NCBI GenBank assembly: GCA_033764015.1
Contig: JANRJK010000002.1
Coordinates: 186,478-250,477, forward strand
Direction of reading: 5' to 3'
DNA length: 64,000 nucleotides
Origin: Candidatus Sumerlaeia bacterium
GTDB taxonomy: Bacteria > Sumerlaeota > Sumerlaeia > SLMS01 > JANRJK01
A model generated the notes under the pieces. The model did not search any database. It was not told the DNA's origin and saw only the letters and a list, made by a program, of their open reading frames with translations. The translations under genes were made by a program, and so were the position numbers. Shown piece after piece: positions 49,891-59,217 of the stretch. Positions within the stretch are counted from its first letter, which is position 1. Every line of letters starts with the position of its first letter.

Positions 49891-49993
49891 CGCCCCCTTT
49901 CCGGTTGCCGCCCACGCGCCCGCATGGCGCACCTTGTCCGATCGGATTTTCGCAGCAACCGACAACTTCCCGAACAGGTCTGGAGACTCGACG

Positions 49994-50878
49994 ATGGCGC
50001 GCGCCTACGGCTTCTTGGAAACCCGCGGATTCACCGGCGCGGTGGAGGGCACCGACGCGATGAACAAGGCGGCCTCCGTGGGCTACGCGCGCCGCGTGGA
50101 CATCGGCGGCGGCTTCACCACCACCATCGTCACCGGCGATGTCGGAGCGGTGAAGGCATCGGTCGACGCCGGTGCCGGCGCCGCCCGCCGCGTGGGCGAA
50201 CTCACCGCCGCCCATGTCATCGCCAACCTCCACGACCAGGTCGCCGCCCGCGTGGTCGGGCAGGAGGACGTCAAGACACTCGAAGCCTCCATGAACGCGC
50301 TCGGCATGATCGAGACGGTCGGCTACACCACGCTGGTCGAGGCCGCCGACGCCGCCGTGAAGTCTGCGACCACCGAAATCGTCGGGCGCCTGTGGATCGG
50401 CAGCGGTTACTCGATCGTGCTCCTGCGCGGCGACGTCGCCGCGGTGAAGGCGGCGGTCGACGCGGGGACCGCGGCCGGCGGGCGCCTCGGCAAGATCGTC
50501 GCCAGCCACGTGATTCCCTCCCCCCACTGGCTCCTTGCCGGTGCGCTCCCCGTTGGGCCGATCACCGGTCCGAAGGGCGCCGAAAAGGAGAAGGAGGCGA
50601 GCGGCGAGGCCCTTGGCTTCATCGAAACCCGCGGCATGACCGCGCTGGTCGCCGCAAGCGACGCCGCGGTGAAGGCCGCGCGCGTGATCTGCCTCGGGCG
50701 CCAGTCGCTCGGCAACGCGCTCGTCACTTCCGTCTTCAAGGGCGACATCGCCGCGGTGAAGGCCGCCGTGGACGCGGGCGCCACCACCGCCCGCGCGGTC
50801 GGCGAACTCGTCTCGGTGCATGTGATTCCACGGCCGCACGCCGCCGCGACCAGCTACGCCTTCCCGATGGGCTCGTAA
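49994..50878 (+). CDS. Bacterial microcompartment shell protein with three tandem BMC (PF00936-type) domains
   Basis: RBS GGAG; 294 aa; three copies of (A)LG.IET.G...A.DA..K.A...G.G......GDV.AVKA.VDAG...A...G.....HVI...H at about aa 3-88, 101-186 and 205-290. Confidence 0.92.
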   Translation: MARAYGFLETRGFTGAVEGTDAMNKAASVGYARRVDIGGGFTTTIVTGDVGAVKASVDAGAGAARRVGELTAAHVIANLHDQVAARVVGQEDVKTLEASMNALGMIETVGYTTLVEAADAAVKSATTEIVGRLWIGSGYSIVLLRGDVAAVKAAVDAGTAAGGRLGKIVASHVIPSPHWLLAGALPVGPITGPKGAEKEKEASGEALGFIETRGMTALVAASDAAVKAARVICLGRQSLGNALVTSVFKGDIAAVKAAVDAGATTARAVGELVSVHVIPRPHAAATSYAFPMGS

Positions 50879-50898
50879 CCCACCACCGGGGAAGCGCC

Positions 50899-52368
50899 GT
50901 GCCCCAGCAAGAGCATCGCAAGGGCGGGAACTACTTGGTTCCCGCCCTCTCCATTTCCGCCGCCGCGCTCCTGCTGCTGCCGGTCTTCGCGCTCGACCGC
51001 TGGTTCCGCTCCGACGACTACCTGCTCCTGTTCCACCAGGGCGGCATCGCCCCGTGGCGGCTTTGGGAATTCTTCGGCGCGGAGCAGGTCTTTTTCTGGC
51101 GCCCGCTGCAGGCATGGGCGGTTTCGCTGCTATGGCATCTCGCCGGGTGGAACCCAGTCCCGTACAACGCGGTCCTAATGGCCGCCTACTCCGCGGGAGC
51201 CGCCACGGGGGCGCGCCTGCTGCGCCGGTTGCTCGGCGAAGAACCCGCCGCCAAACCCGCCGCGGCGGTGGCGCTGTTCGTCTTCGCGCTTTTCGGCGTC
51301 AACCTCGCCATGCCGGTCGTCTGGGTGTCGCTGCTAGGGCAGAACCTCGGCCTCGCCCTCGCGCTGTGGGCCCTGGGCGACTGGGCGCTCGCGGCGGGGG
51401 AGGAGCAGCGGCGCGGACCATGGCGCGCGCTGCTGCCCGCCCTCCTCATGACCGCCGCGATCCTCTGCAAGGAGTCCGTCGCCGCGCTGCTGCCGCTCTT
51501 TCCGATCGCCTCCTGGGCGCGGCGCCGTCCGTGGGCCGCGCACACGCCCGCGGAACGCTGGAGCGCCGCGATCCCCGCCGCCGCCGCCCTCGCGGCCCTT
51601 GCCCTGAGCAGCCTCGCGAAGTCCGCCGGCGTGGACGTCGAGCGCGCCTACGCCCTCGCCGCGCCGACCGATGTGCCACTCAACGCGCTGCGCATGGTGA
51701 ACGTGCTCTGCCATCCCTTCGCGGGGCTTGCCGCCGCGTGGCCCTCGCAATTCTCCGAATGGCAACTCCGGAGCGCCACCACGGGCGTCCCGTTCGCCGC
51801 GCTCGCGGTGCTGGGCGCCGGCGCCTGGATCGCGCGCCGCGACCGCGCCGCGGCCTTCGCGCTCGCGTGGACGGTGCTCGGCTGCTTCCCGGCCGCCCTT
51901 TATGAGTCGCACCTAAACAGCCGCTACCTGCACGCCCCCGCGTTCGGGCTCGCCGCCCTTGCTGCGCTCATCGTGGTGCGCGGCGGCGCCCGGATCCGCG
52001 ACCGCGCACCGGCGCTCGCCGCCGCGGCGTTCCTTGCCGCGCTTGCCTTCCTCGCGGTCGGCGCCGCGCAGCTCCGCGTGCTCGCGTGGCAACACGCCCG
52101 CATCGGGTTCGGACGCGAGTTGATCGACTACGCCCGCGCGGAGCCCCCCGGCCCCGGCTCTCCGGAACTCTGGGTTCTCGAAGGCGTCGGCGCGGCCGAG
52201 TCCAACGGCGGACTCGGCCTCTCGGAAGCGGTGCGCCTCGCCACCGGAGCCGACCGGGTGCAGGTCGAACTCGCCGAGTTCGTGGACCCGGCGACCGTCG
52301 CGCGCTTCGAAGCGGCGGGCTGGCGCGTGCGCGTGGTGCCTCTGGGGCGGACGGCGGGGGAGCGGTAG
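50899..52368 (+). CDS. Multi-pass membrane protein, GT-C-like
   Basis: SDDY, FWRPL, GWNP..YN, LCKES and RYLHAP motifs with many TM helices; GTG start is inferred. Confidence 0.65.
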   Translation: MPQQEHRKGGNYLVPALSISAAALLLLPVFALDRWFRSDDYLLLFHQGGIAPWRLWEFFGAEQVFFWRPLQAWAVSLLWHLAGWNPVPYNAVLMAAYSAGAATGARLLRRLLGEEPAAKPAAAVALFVFALFGVNLAMPVVWVSLLGQNLGLALALWALGDWALAAGEEQRRGPWRALLPALLMTAAILCKESVAALLPLFPIASWARRRPWAAHTPAERWSAAIPAAAALAALALSSLAKSAGVDVERAYALAAPTDVPLNALRMVNVLCHPFAGLAAAWPSQFSEWQLRSATTGVPFAALAVLGAGAWIARRDRAAAFALAWTVLGCFPAALYESHLNSRYLHAPAFGLAALAALIVVRGGARIRDRAPALAAAAFLAALAFLAVGAAQLRVLAWQHARIGFGRELIDYARAEPPGPGSPELWVLEGVGAAESNGGLGLSEAVRLATGADRVQVELAEFVDPATVARFEAAGWRVRVVPLGRTAGER

Positions 52369-52432
52369 CGCCCGAAGCACCTGAAGGGGCGTGCTTCGGT
52401 GCGCCTCCCCCGCCCAGCAGCGGATGGAGCCG

Positions 52433-52996
52433 CTACTTCTTCGCGGGAGGCTTCTCCCCTTCACCGTCGTGGTCGTGACCCTCATGGTCGTGACCTTCGT
52501 GGTCGCCGTCGTGATCCTGGCCGTGGTCGCGGTCGGCCTTCGTTTCCTCAGGCACGAGCGGCACCGAGGCGCGGGACTTCTTGCCGGTCTTCGCATCCTC
52601 CACCTCGATCCAGAGCAGGTCCTTCTCCCCGAGTTCCTTCGGCACGGCGAGGTGTCCGTGGCCACGGCGCTCCCCCGCCTGGTCGATGCGGGTCTTGCCG
52701 GTCTTCTCCGCGGTCTCGTCGCCGATCCAGGCTCGGAGCGCCTTCGGATACGCCGCGGGTCCGGCGAGCTCGAAGTCCATGTCGACTTCCTTGCCCGGCT
52801 CGACCGCGCCGAGCGCCACCGGCGTCACCTTCCATTCGCCGATCGTCGCGGTGGCGAGCTTGGTCCGCTTGTCCTTCGAGTGATCGTGGTCGTCCTCGTG
52901 GCCATGGTCGTGGTCATGGCCGGGCCCGGCGGGGATGAACTGGGGCGCGGCGGCAAGTGCGGCGGCGAGTGCGATGAGCAGGGCGATGCGCTTCAT
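52433..52996 (-). CDS. Secreted His/Asp-rich putative metal-binding protein
   Basis: Signal peptide; GHDHDHGHEDDHDH and DHGQDHDGDHEGHDHEGHDHD tracts; RBS aaggag; lies downstream of the czcA-like gene. Confidence 0.75.
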   Translation of the reverse strand: MKRIALLIALAAALAAAPQFIPAGPGHDHDHGHEDDHDHSKDKRTKLATATIGEWKVTPVALGAVEPGKEVDMDFELAGPAAYPKALRAWIGDETAEKTGKTRIDQAGERRGHGHLAVPKELGEKDLLWIEVEDAKTGKKSRASVPLVPEETKADRDHGQDHDGDHEGHDHEGHDHDGEGEKPPAKK

Positions 52997-53085
52997 GCGT
53001 TGCTCCTTGGAGGGGGTTGATTGGTTGCGGGTCGCAGGGATCGTCGCGTGGTGGCCCGTGGGGGCGTTGTGCCGGAAGCGGGTCG

Positions 53086-56000
53086 TTATGCCGTGCCTTT
53101 CCGGGAACCGAACAAGAGGTCGTAGCCCGCGGGGACCACGACGAGGTTGAGGAACGTGGAGGTGGTAAGGCCGCCAAGCACCACCACTGCGAGCGGCGCC
53201 AGCAACTCGCTGCCGGGGCGTCCCGCCGCCAGCGCGAGCGGGATCAGCCCGAGCGCCGCGGACAGCGCCGTCATCAGCACCGGCGCCAGCCGTTCCGACG
53301 ACCCCCGCAGCACTGCTTCGCGCACCGCGAGGCCCTCATGCTCCCGCAGCCACGCGTAGTGGTTCACCAGCAGGATGCCGTTGCGGACGGCGATTCCGAA
53401 GAGCGTGACGAAGCCCACCATGCTGGCGATGCTGAGCACCGGCGCCGTGTACCGCCCGCCGAAGCCCAGCAGCGCCGCCGCGTTGCCCGCGAGGGAGGGC
53501 GACTCCGCGATGAACACCGCCGCGATGCCTCCGATCAGCGCCAGCGGCAGGTTCACCATCACCAGCAGCGCGGCGCGCCCGGATCGCAGCGCGAGCCGCA
53601 GCAGCAGGAAGATCGCGCCAAGCGCGAGCGCCCCCATCGCGAGGATGGTCCGCGAGGCGCTCTGCTGCGCCTCGAACTGCCCGCCGTAAGCCACGGAGTA
53701 GCCCGCCTCCAGCACGATCGGATCCACGACCGAGCGCACCACCTCGACAAGCTGGCCGAGGTTGTGGCCATCCGCGACGTTGAGCGAGACCGTCGCCTTC
53801 CGGCGCCCGTTCTCGCGCACGATCAGGTTCGACGCGCGCTCGACGCCGACGTCCGCCACCTCGCGCAAGCGCGACAGCGCGCCGGTTTCGTGCGACCGCA
53901 GGACGAAGTCCCCGACCTGCCGCGGGCTCGCGCGCTCCTCCGCGGGCAGCCGCATCGACACCGCGTAGCGCCGCACCCCGGCGTTCACCTGGGCGATCTC
54001 GATGCCGTTGAACGCGGCGGAGACCTGCTCCGCGGCGTCCGCCGGTGTGAGGCCCAGCGCCGCCAGCTCCGCCGCGCGGTAGTGGATCGGGAGGGTCTCG
54101 ATCATCAGTTCGCGGTTCGCGTTCACGTCCCGCGCGCCGGGCACCCGCTTCAGCGCCGACTCGATCTCCTTCGCCACCCGGCGGAGGCCGTCCAAGTCCT
54201 CGCCGTAGACGTTGATCGCGACGGCCGCGGGCGTGCCCGAGAGGATGTGCGACAGCCGGTGCTCGATCGGCTGGCCCACCATCGTCGTCACGCCGGGGAC
54301 CGAAGCGAGCACGGCGTCGATCCGGCGGCGCACCTCCGCCTGGTCCGCGTCCTCCCGAAGCGAGACCTCCAGCTCGCTGTTGCTGACCGGCTCCGCGTGC
54401 TCGTCGCGCTCCGCGCGCCCCGTCCGCCGGGCGACCGTTGCGACGCCGGGGATCGCGGCGAGGCGCCGTTCGATGTGCGGCGCCAGGCGGTCGCTCGCCT
54501 CCAGCGACGTTCCCGGAGGCCCCATGAGGAACACTGTGAAGGTGCCTTCGTTGAAGGCCGGCAGGAAGCTGCTCCCGTAGGTGCGCGCGAGCGCTAGGCT
54601 ACCGGCCAGCAGCGCGCCCATCGCCCCGAACAGCAGCCACCGATGCCGCAGCGCCAGCAGCAGCGACGGCGCGTACGCACGCCTCAGCCACCGCGCGAGC
54701 GGCCCGTCGCCGTGGTCCGCGCCTCCCTGCGTCAGCAGCACGCGGCATAGAGCCGGCGTCACGGTCACCGCGACAAAGAGCGACGCCATGATCGAGACGA
54801 TGTACGCGATGCCCAGCGGGCGGAAGAACCGTCCTTCGAGGCCGTCGAGGAACAGCAGCGGCACGAACACCACGCAGATGATGACCGTGGCGAACACGAC
54901 GGACCCGCGCACCTCGTTGCTGGCGTCGAACACCACGCGGGGAGCGGGAAGGCGCTCCGCGAGCGGCAGCTTCGCGTTCTCGCCGAGTCGCCGGAAGACG
55001 TTCTCCACGTCGATGATCGCGTCGTCGACCAGTTCCCCGATGGCGATGGCGAGGCCGCCCAGCGTCATCACGTTGATGGTGAGTCCCATCGCCCAGAGCG
55101 CCAGGAACGCCACCGCCAAGGACAACGGCAGCGCGGTCAGCGTGATGAAGGTGGTCCGCGCGTTCATGAGGAAGAGCGCGACCACGATGGCCACGAAGAG
55201 GACCGCCTCGAACAACACCCGCTCCACGTTTTCCACGGCGCGGCCGATGAAGTCCGCCTGCCGCATCACGTGGCGGTTGAGCGCCATGCCGGCGGGGAGC
55301 CGCGCATCGATCTCGTCGAGCGCCTCGTCCACCGCGGCCGTCAACGCGAGCGTGTTCGTGCCCGGCGCCTTCTGCACCGAGATGACCACCGCCGGGCGCC
55401 CGCCTTCGGAGCCCGTGCCGCGCCGTGGCGCTCCCGCCAGGCGCACCTCCGCGACCTGCCCAAGCGTGAGTGGCCGCCCCTCGTGCATGCGGATCAGCGT
55501 GCTCGCGATGTCCGCCGTCGACGTGATCCGCGCCTGCTGCCGCAGCGGCAGCTCCTTGCCCTCCACCTGCGGAAGGTAGCCCGCGCTGGCGACGCTGTGC
55601 GCCTCGCGCGCCGCCGCCGCCACGTCCGCGAATGTCAGCCGGTACAGGAGCAGGTTCTCGGGATGCGGCAGCACCTGGTACTCGGGCAGCTCGCCGCCGA
55701 TCGCCACCACCTGCGTGACGCCCGGCACCGCGAGCAGACGGTTGCGCAGCTCGAACTCCGCGAAGCCGCGCAGCTCCATCGGGGTCGCGAGGCCGTTCGG
55801 CGAGGAAAGCGAAAGCAGCATGATCTCGCCGGTGATCGAGTTCACCGGGCCGATCTCCGCGTGGACCCCCTCAGGCGGAAGCGCCTCGCGCGCGGCGGCG
55901 AGCCGCTCGGAGACCAATTGCCGCGCGCGGAAGATGTCCTGCCCCCAATCGAATTCGACATACACCACGGAGAGTGAAAGCGCCGACGTGCTGCGCACGC

Positions 56001-56241
56001 GGCGCACGCCGGGCAGGCCGTTCATGGCCGACTCGATGGGAAAGGTGACGTACTGCTCCACCTCGTCGGCGGAGAGGCCCCCCGCTTCCGTGAGGACTGT
56101 CACCGTCGGCGCGTTCAGCTCGGGAAAGATGTCGAGCGGCATCCGCGGCACCTGGTACGCCGCGCCCGCAATCAGCAGCAGCGCGCCCGCGAGAACGACA
56201 CCCCAATGGCGGATCGAAAAGTCGATCATCCATCTGAACAT
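53086..56241 (-). CDS. Heavy-metal efflux RND permease (CzcA/CusA family)
   Basis: DIFPEL, EVEQYVTFPIE, NVMTLGGLAIAIGELVDDAIIDVEN, EGRFFRPL, RLAPVLMTA, GSELLAPLA. Confidence 0.93.
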   Translation of the reverse strand: MFRWMIDFSIRHWGVVLAGALLLIAGAAYQVPRMPLDIFPELNAPTVTVLTEAGGLSADEVEQYVTFPIESAMNGLPGVRRVRSTSALSLSVVYVEFDWGQDIFRARQLVSERLAAAREALPPEGVHAEIGPVNSITGEIMLLSLSSPNGLATPMELRGFAEFELRNRLLAVPGVTQVVAIGGELPEYQVLPHPENLLLYRLTFADVAAAAREAHSVASAGYLPQVEGKELPLRQQARITSTADIASTLIRMHEGRPLTLGQVAEVRLAGAPRRGTGSEGGRPAVVISVQKAPGTNTLALTAAVDEALDEIDARLPAGMALNRHVMRQADFIGRAVENVERVLFEAVLFVAIVVALFLMNARTTFITLTALPLSLAVAFLALWAMGLTINVMTLGGLAIAIGELVDDAIIDVENVFRRLGENAKLPLAERLPAPRVVFDASNEVRGSVVFATVIICVVFVPLLFLDGLEGRFFRPLGIAYIVSIMASLFVAVTVTPALCRVLLTQGGADHGDGPLARWLRRAYAPSLLLALRHRWLLFGAMGALLAGSLALARTYGSSFLPAFNEGTFTVFLMGPPGTSLEASDRLAPHIERRLAAIPGVATVARRTGRAERDEHAEPVSNSELEVSLREDADQAEVRRRIDAVLASVPGVTTMVGQPIEHRLSHILSGTPAAVAINVYGEDLDGLRRVAKEIESALKRVPGARDVNANRELMIETLPIHYRAAELAALGLTPADAAEQVSAAFNGIEIAQVNAGVRRYAVSMRLPAEERASPRQVGDFVLRSHETGALSRLREVADVGVERASNLIVRENGRRKATVSLNVADGHNLGQLVEVVRSVVDPIVLEAGYSVAYGGQFEAQQSASRTILAMGALALGAIFLLLRLALRSGRAALLVMVNLPLALIGGIAAVFIAESPSLAGNAAALLGFGGRYTAPVLSIASMVGFVTLFGIAVRNGILLVNHYAWLREHEGLAVREAVLRGSSERLAPVLMTALSAALGLIPLALAAGRPGSELLAPLAVVVLGGLTTSTFLNLVVVPAGYDLLFGSRKGTA

Positions 56242-56244
56242 GGC

Positions 56245-57693
56245 TCAGTCGCCCTCCGTGTGGAAGGTGCCGTCCGAGTGGAAATGCCCGCCTTCCGCCG
56301 CCGGGCCGCTTCCCGCACCCGCGGTGAGAAGCAGCTCGTACACGCCGTCGAGCACCACCTGGTCGCCCGGGCGGACGCCGCTGTTCACGACGACCCAGCG
56401 GCCGTCATCCGCGCCGAGGTCGCCCACGACGCGCCGCACCGTGTCCGCGTCCTCGCGGTCCCGCAGGAAGAACACCCGCTCGAGCCCGTCGCGAACCACC
56501 GCGCCGAGTGGAATCGCGAGCTCGGGATCGTCGCCCCCCGCCATGACCACCTCGACGAACGCGGCCACGCCGGGCCGAGCCCATGCGGGCGGCTCGCCCC
56601 CCAGCGGCGTCGCCAAGAGGTCGATGGTGCGCTCCTCCGGGTCCGCCTCGACGCCGAGCGCGAGCGTTGCGCGCAGGGCATCGCCATAGGTCGCGATGCC
56701 TCCATGCGGCGGGACGATGGCGACCTCCGCGCCGTCCTCCACGCGCCCGAGGTCCGCCTGCAGGGCGAACCCGCGGAAGCGGACCGCCGAGAGGTCCACC
56801 GTCTCGACAACCAGATCCCCTTCGGCCACCAGCCCGCCGTCCGCAGTGGCAACCTTCGCCACCACGCCCGGCTTTCGCGCGGTCACTTCGATCGACCGCA
56901 GCCCCCGCCAGCGCGGCGCCCCGTCGACCTGCTCCAAGAGCCACCGGGTGTCCCGCGCGGTGAGTAGCGCCGCCTCGCGCAAGGCCAGCTCCAGCCGCCG
57001 GTTGCCCTCCACCGGATCGGCCAACTCCGACGCCTCGAGCGCCAAGTCACGGGCCAGCCCCAAAGCGGCGGCCAGATCGGCTTCCGCCTCGGCCAAGTCG
57101 GACGAGGCCTCGGCGATCTGGGAAAACTCCGCGGCGCCGGTGGCGACCAACGTCTCGAAATCCGCGAGGCGCTTGCGCTGCAGTTCCACGGCTCGTTCCG
57201 CCGCCGAAACCGCGGCGGCCACGGAGGGGCGCTTGGCATCGAGCGTCGCGGCGGCCATCTCCGCGGCGAGGAGCCGGATCTGCGCGTCGCGCCACGCGCC
57301 GCCCTCCAGTCGGTAGAGCAGGTCGCCCGGCTCCACACGCTGGTACTGCGAAACGGCCAACTCGATCGAGCCGCGCGCGGCCGCGCGGTACTCCGCCCGC
57401 GCCTCCGGGGCCGACTCGAAGCGACCCGGGAGGCGCATCGTGTCCGCGACGCGCCGGCGCTCGACCGGCACGAAGCTGATTCCAAGATTTTCGCGGACGC
57501 TCGAAGGCAGCGCGAACACTCCCGGAGGCATCACCGCCTCCGACTCCTCCTTCGGGCCGGCTGCTCCGTCAGCGGCGCGGTCGTGCGTCCCGCAACTCGA
57601 CAGGGCTGCCATCGCAGCGACAACCGCCACCCCGCGCAGTAACCGGAGGGACTCCTTCGCGGGCCCATGCGGCGCAACTCTTCCGCGTTCCAA
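56245..57693 (-). CDS. RND efflux periplasmic adaptor (CzcB/CusB-like) lipoprotein
   Basis: Lipobox-like LSSC, coiled hairpin, LAIPLGAVVRDG, GVRPGDQVVLDG, and His-rich tail GHFHSDGTFH. The start is uncertain. Confidence 0.82.
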   Translation of the reverse strand: MERGRVAPHGPAKESLRLLRGVAVVAAMAALSSCGTHDRAADGAAGPKEESEAVMPPGVFALPSSVRENLGISFVPVERRRVADTMRLPGRFESAPEARAEYRAAARGSIELAVSQYQRVEPGDLLYRLEGGAWRDAQIRLLAAEMAAATLDAKRPSVAAAVSAAERAVELQRKRLADFETLVATGAAEFSQIAEASSDLAEAEADLAAALGLARDLALEASELADPVEGNRRLELALREAALLTARDTRWLLEQVDGAPRWRGLRSIEVTARKPGVVAKVATADGGLVAEGDLVVETVDLSAVRFRGFALQADLGRVEDGAEVAIVPPHGGIATYGDALRATLALGVEADPEERTIDLLATPLGGEPPAWARPGVAAFVEVVMAGGDDPELAIPLGAVVRDGLERVFFLRDREDADTVRRVVGDLGADDGRWVVVNSGVRPGDQVVLDGVYELLLTAGAGSGPAAEGGHFHSDGTFHTEGD

Positions 57694-57807
57694 GGAACGA
57701 CTCCTTTGGTGTTCGACAGGACGGCCTTCGCCACAGGTCGCATGGCGGAGCCGGACGCCCTCCGACCGCGCGCGCGCGCAGCGGGGGAGACCTCGATCCG
57801 GGCCGGT

Positions 57808-58210
57808 TTAGGAGAGGAGCTTGGGAGGTTGTTCGAAGTCGAAAGCGGGGCCGTCGCCGCGCCGCTCGTCGGAACGCGCGTGGGCCGATCCTCGCGCGCA
57901 AAGACCCGGCAGCGGCCAGCGCAGCGGCTGAGCCAACGCCACCGCCGCATGGCAGGGGCATTGGCACCCTGTGTGGTGGCTGTGATCGTCGTCGCCCGCA
58001 GGCGTCGGCAAGTCGCGGGGGGGGGGTGCCGCTTCCCGGACCGCCGCCGTGGTCGGCGGATTCGTGCGCGCAGTCCCCCTCGGCGGTCAACGCGTGCACC
58101 GCGGGACCCACCGCCATCGGAACCGTCGCCGCAACTGCCACGAGCACCGCGCACAAGCGCAGGAGGGTCGCCAGCAGGCGGATAGGGATTCGGAGATGGC
58201 GTGTCTGCAT
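57808..58210 (-). pseudogene. Small exported His/Cys-rich CzcI/DUF2946-like gene interrupted by a frameshift in a C10 tract
   Basis: Removing one C from the 10-nt run (58017-58026) joins MQTRHL...CAHESADH...GTPP to RDLPTPAGDDDHSHHTGCQCPCH...FEQPPKLLS, giving 133 aa. Confidence 0.6.
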
Positions 58211-58327
58211 CGCTGGGGCGAGCTTTCCGGGGCCGCCGCCCCACTGTCAAGGCCGCCGCCCGTCCGGGGCCGCCCTGCCACCGTGATGCCAACCCCGAAC
58301 AAAGCCCTTGACCGTCCGCGCAAAAAG

Positions 58328-58343
58328 GTAACCAAATGGTTAC
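58328..58343. promoter_or_regulatory. Palindromic operator GTAACC-AAAT-GGTTAC immediately before the ArsR gene
   Basis: Perfect 6-4-6 inverted repeat abutting the ATG, with TTGACC at 58308-58313. Confidence 0.7.
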
Positions 58344-58688
58344 ATGATGCGTGACGAGGAGATGGACGCCGTGTTTCACGCCCTGGCCAGCGGGGCGCGG
58401 CGCCGCATCCTCGACATCATCAAGGCAACACCGGGGTGTTCTGTGAACCACGTCTCCGCGCATTTCGAGACCAGCCGCATCCAGACGCTCAAGCACCTGC
58501 GGGTGCTCGAGGACGCCGGGCTTGTGCTTTCGGAGAAGCGGGGGCGTGTCCGCGTGCTCCACTTCAACCCCGTCCCGGTCCAACTGATTCACGAGCGCTG
58601 GACGACCGAGTTCAGCGCCTACTGGGCCGGGCAACTGACGGCGCTCAAGTACCGCGTCGAATCCACCGAGGAGTCGCCCGATGGCTGA
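58344..58688 (+). CDS. ArsR/SmtB family HTH transcriptional regulator
   Basis: DAVFHALAS..RRRILD, KHLRVLEDAGLV..EKRGRVR..HFNPVP...IHERW. Confidence 0.9.
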   Translation: MMRDEEMDAVFHALASGARRRILDIIKATPGCSVNHVSAHFETSRIQTLKHLRVLEDAGLVLSEKRGRVRVLHFNPVPVQLIHERWTTEFSAYWAGQLTALKYRVESTEESPDG

Positions 58689-59196
58689 CACCGAATCCGC
58701 CGTGTTCCGGATCTTCATCCGCGGCACCATCCAGCGCGTGTGGGAGGAGATCACCCGCACGGACCGAGAGCAGCCCTGCATGTTCAACATGGTGCTGCAC
58801 ACCGACGGGCTGCGCCCGGGCGGGCGCATGCAGATGCGCACCAAGAGCGGCAAGTTCGTCGGCGTCGTCGGCGACGTGCTCGAGTTCGACCCGCCGCGCC
58901 GCTACGTCCACACCTTCAAGTTCACCAACTTCGACGATCCGCCCTGCAAGGTGATCTATGAACTGGTCGAGAAGGATGGCGGCGTCGAGTTCACGATGAC
59001 GCTGGCCGAGCTGCCCAAGGGCACGCGCACCGCCAAGCAGATGACGCAGGGCGGCACCATGATCGTCAACACGCTGAAGTCCGTCGTCGAAACCGGCCGC
59101 CCGTCGTTCGGCACGCGGATGCTGTTCGTCCTGTTCGCGCTGATGGAGCCGTTCACCCCCAAGTCGCAGCGGACCGAGAACTGGCCGCTCCGTTAA
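58681..59196 (+). CDS. SRPBCC (AHSA1-like) domain protein
   Basis: IFIRGTIQRVWEEIT, GDVLEFDPPRRYVHTF, LKSVVETG; overlaps the ArsR stop. Confidence 0.85.
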   Translation: MADTESAVFRIFIRGTIQRVWEEITRTDREQPCMFNMVLHTDGLRPGGRMQMRTKSGKFVGVVGDVLEFDPPRRYVHTFKFTNFDDPPCKVIYELVEKDGGVEFTMTLAELPKGTRTAKQMTQGGTMIVNTLKSVVETGRPSFGTRMLFVLFALMEPFTPKSQRTENWPLR

Positions 59197-59217
59197 CCAC
59201 ACACAAAGGACCCCGCC

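Noticed and set aside
49924..50898. N-terminal 325 aa of the 814-aa ORF overlapping the BMC gene
   Set aside because: This is an Arg-rich off-frame read-through of the BMC coding sequence; the membrane protein plausibly starts at GTG 50899.
52470..52535. Short tandem repeats (gtcgtgacc-like) resembling an array
   Set aside because: They encode His/Asp/Gly repeats on the minus strand and have no spacer structure.
57569..58210. 213-aa ORF taken at face value
   Set aside because: After the C10 tract the translation becomes Arg/Pro-rich nonsense overlapping the adaptor gene; a frameshifted 133-aa gene explains it better.
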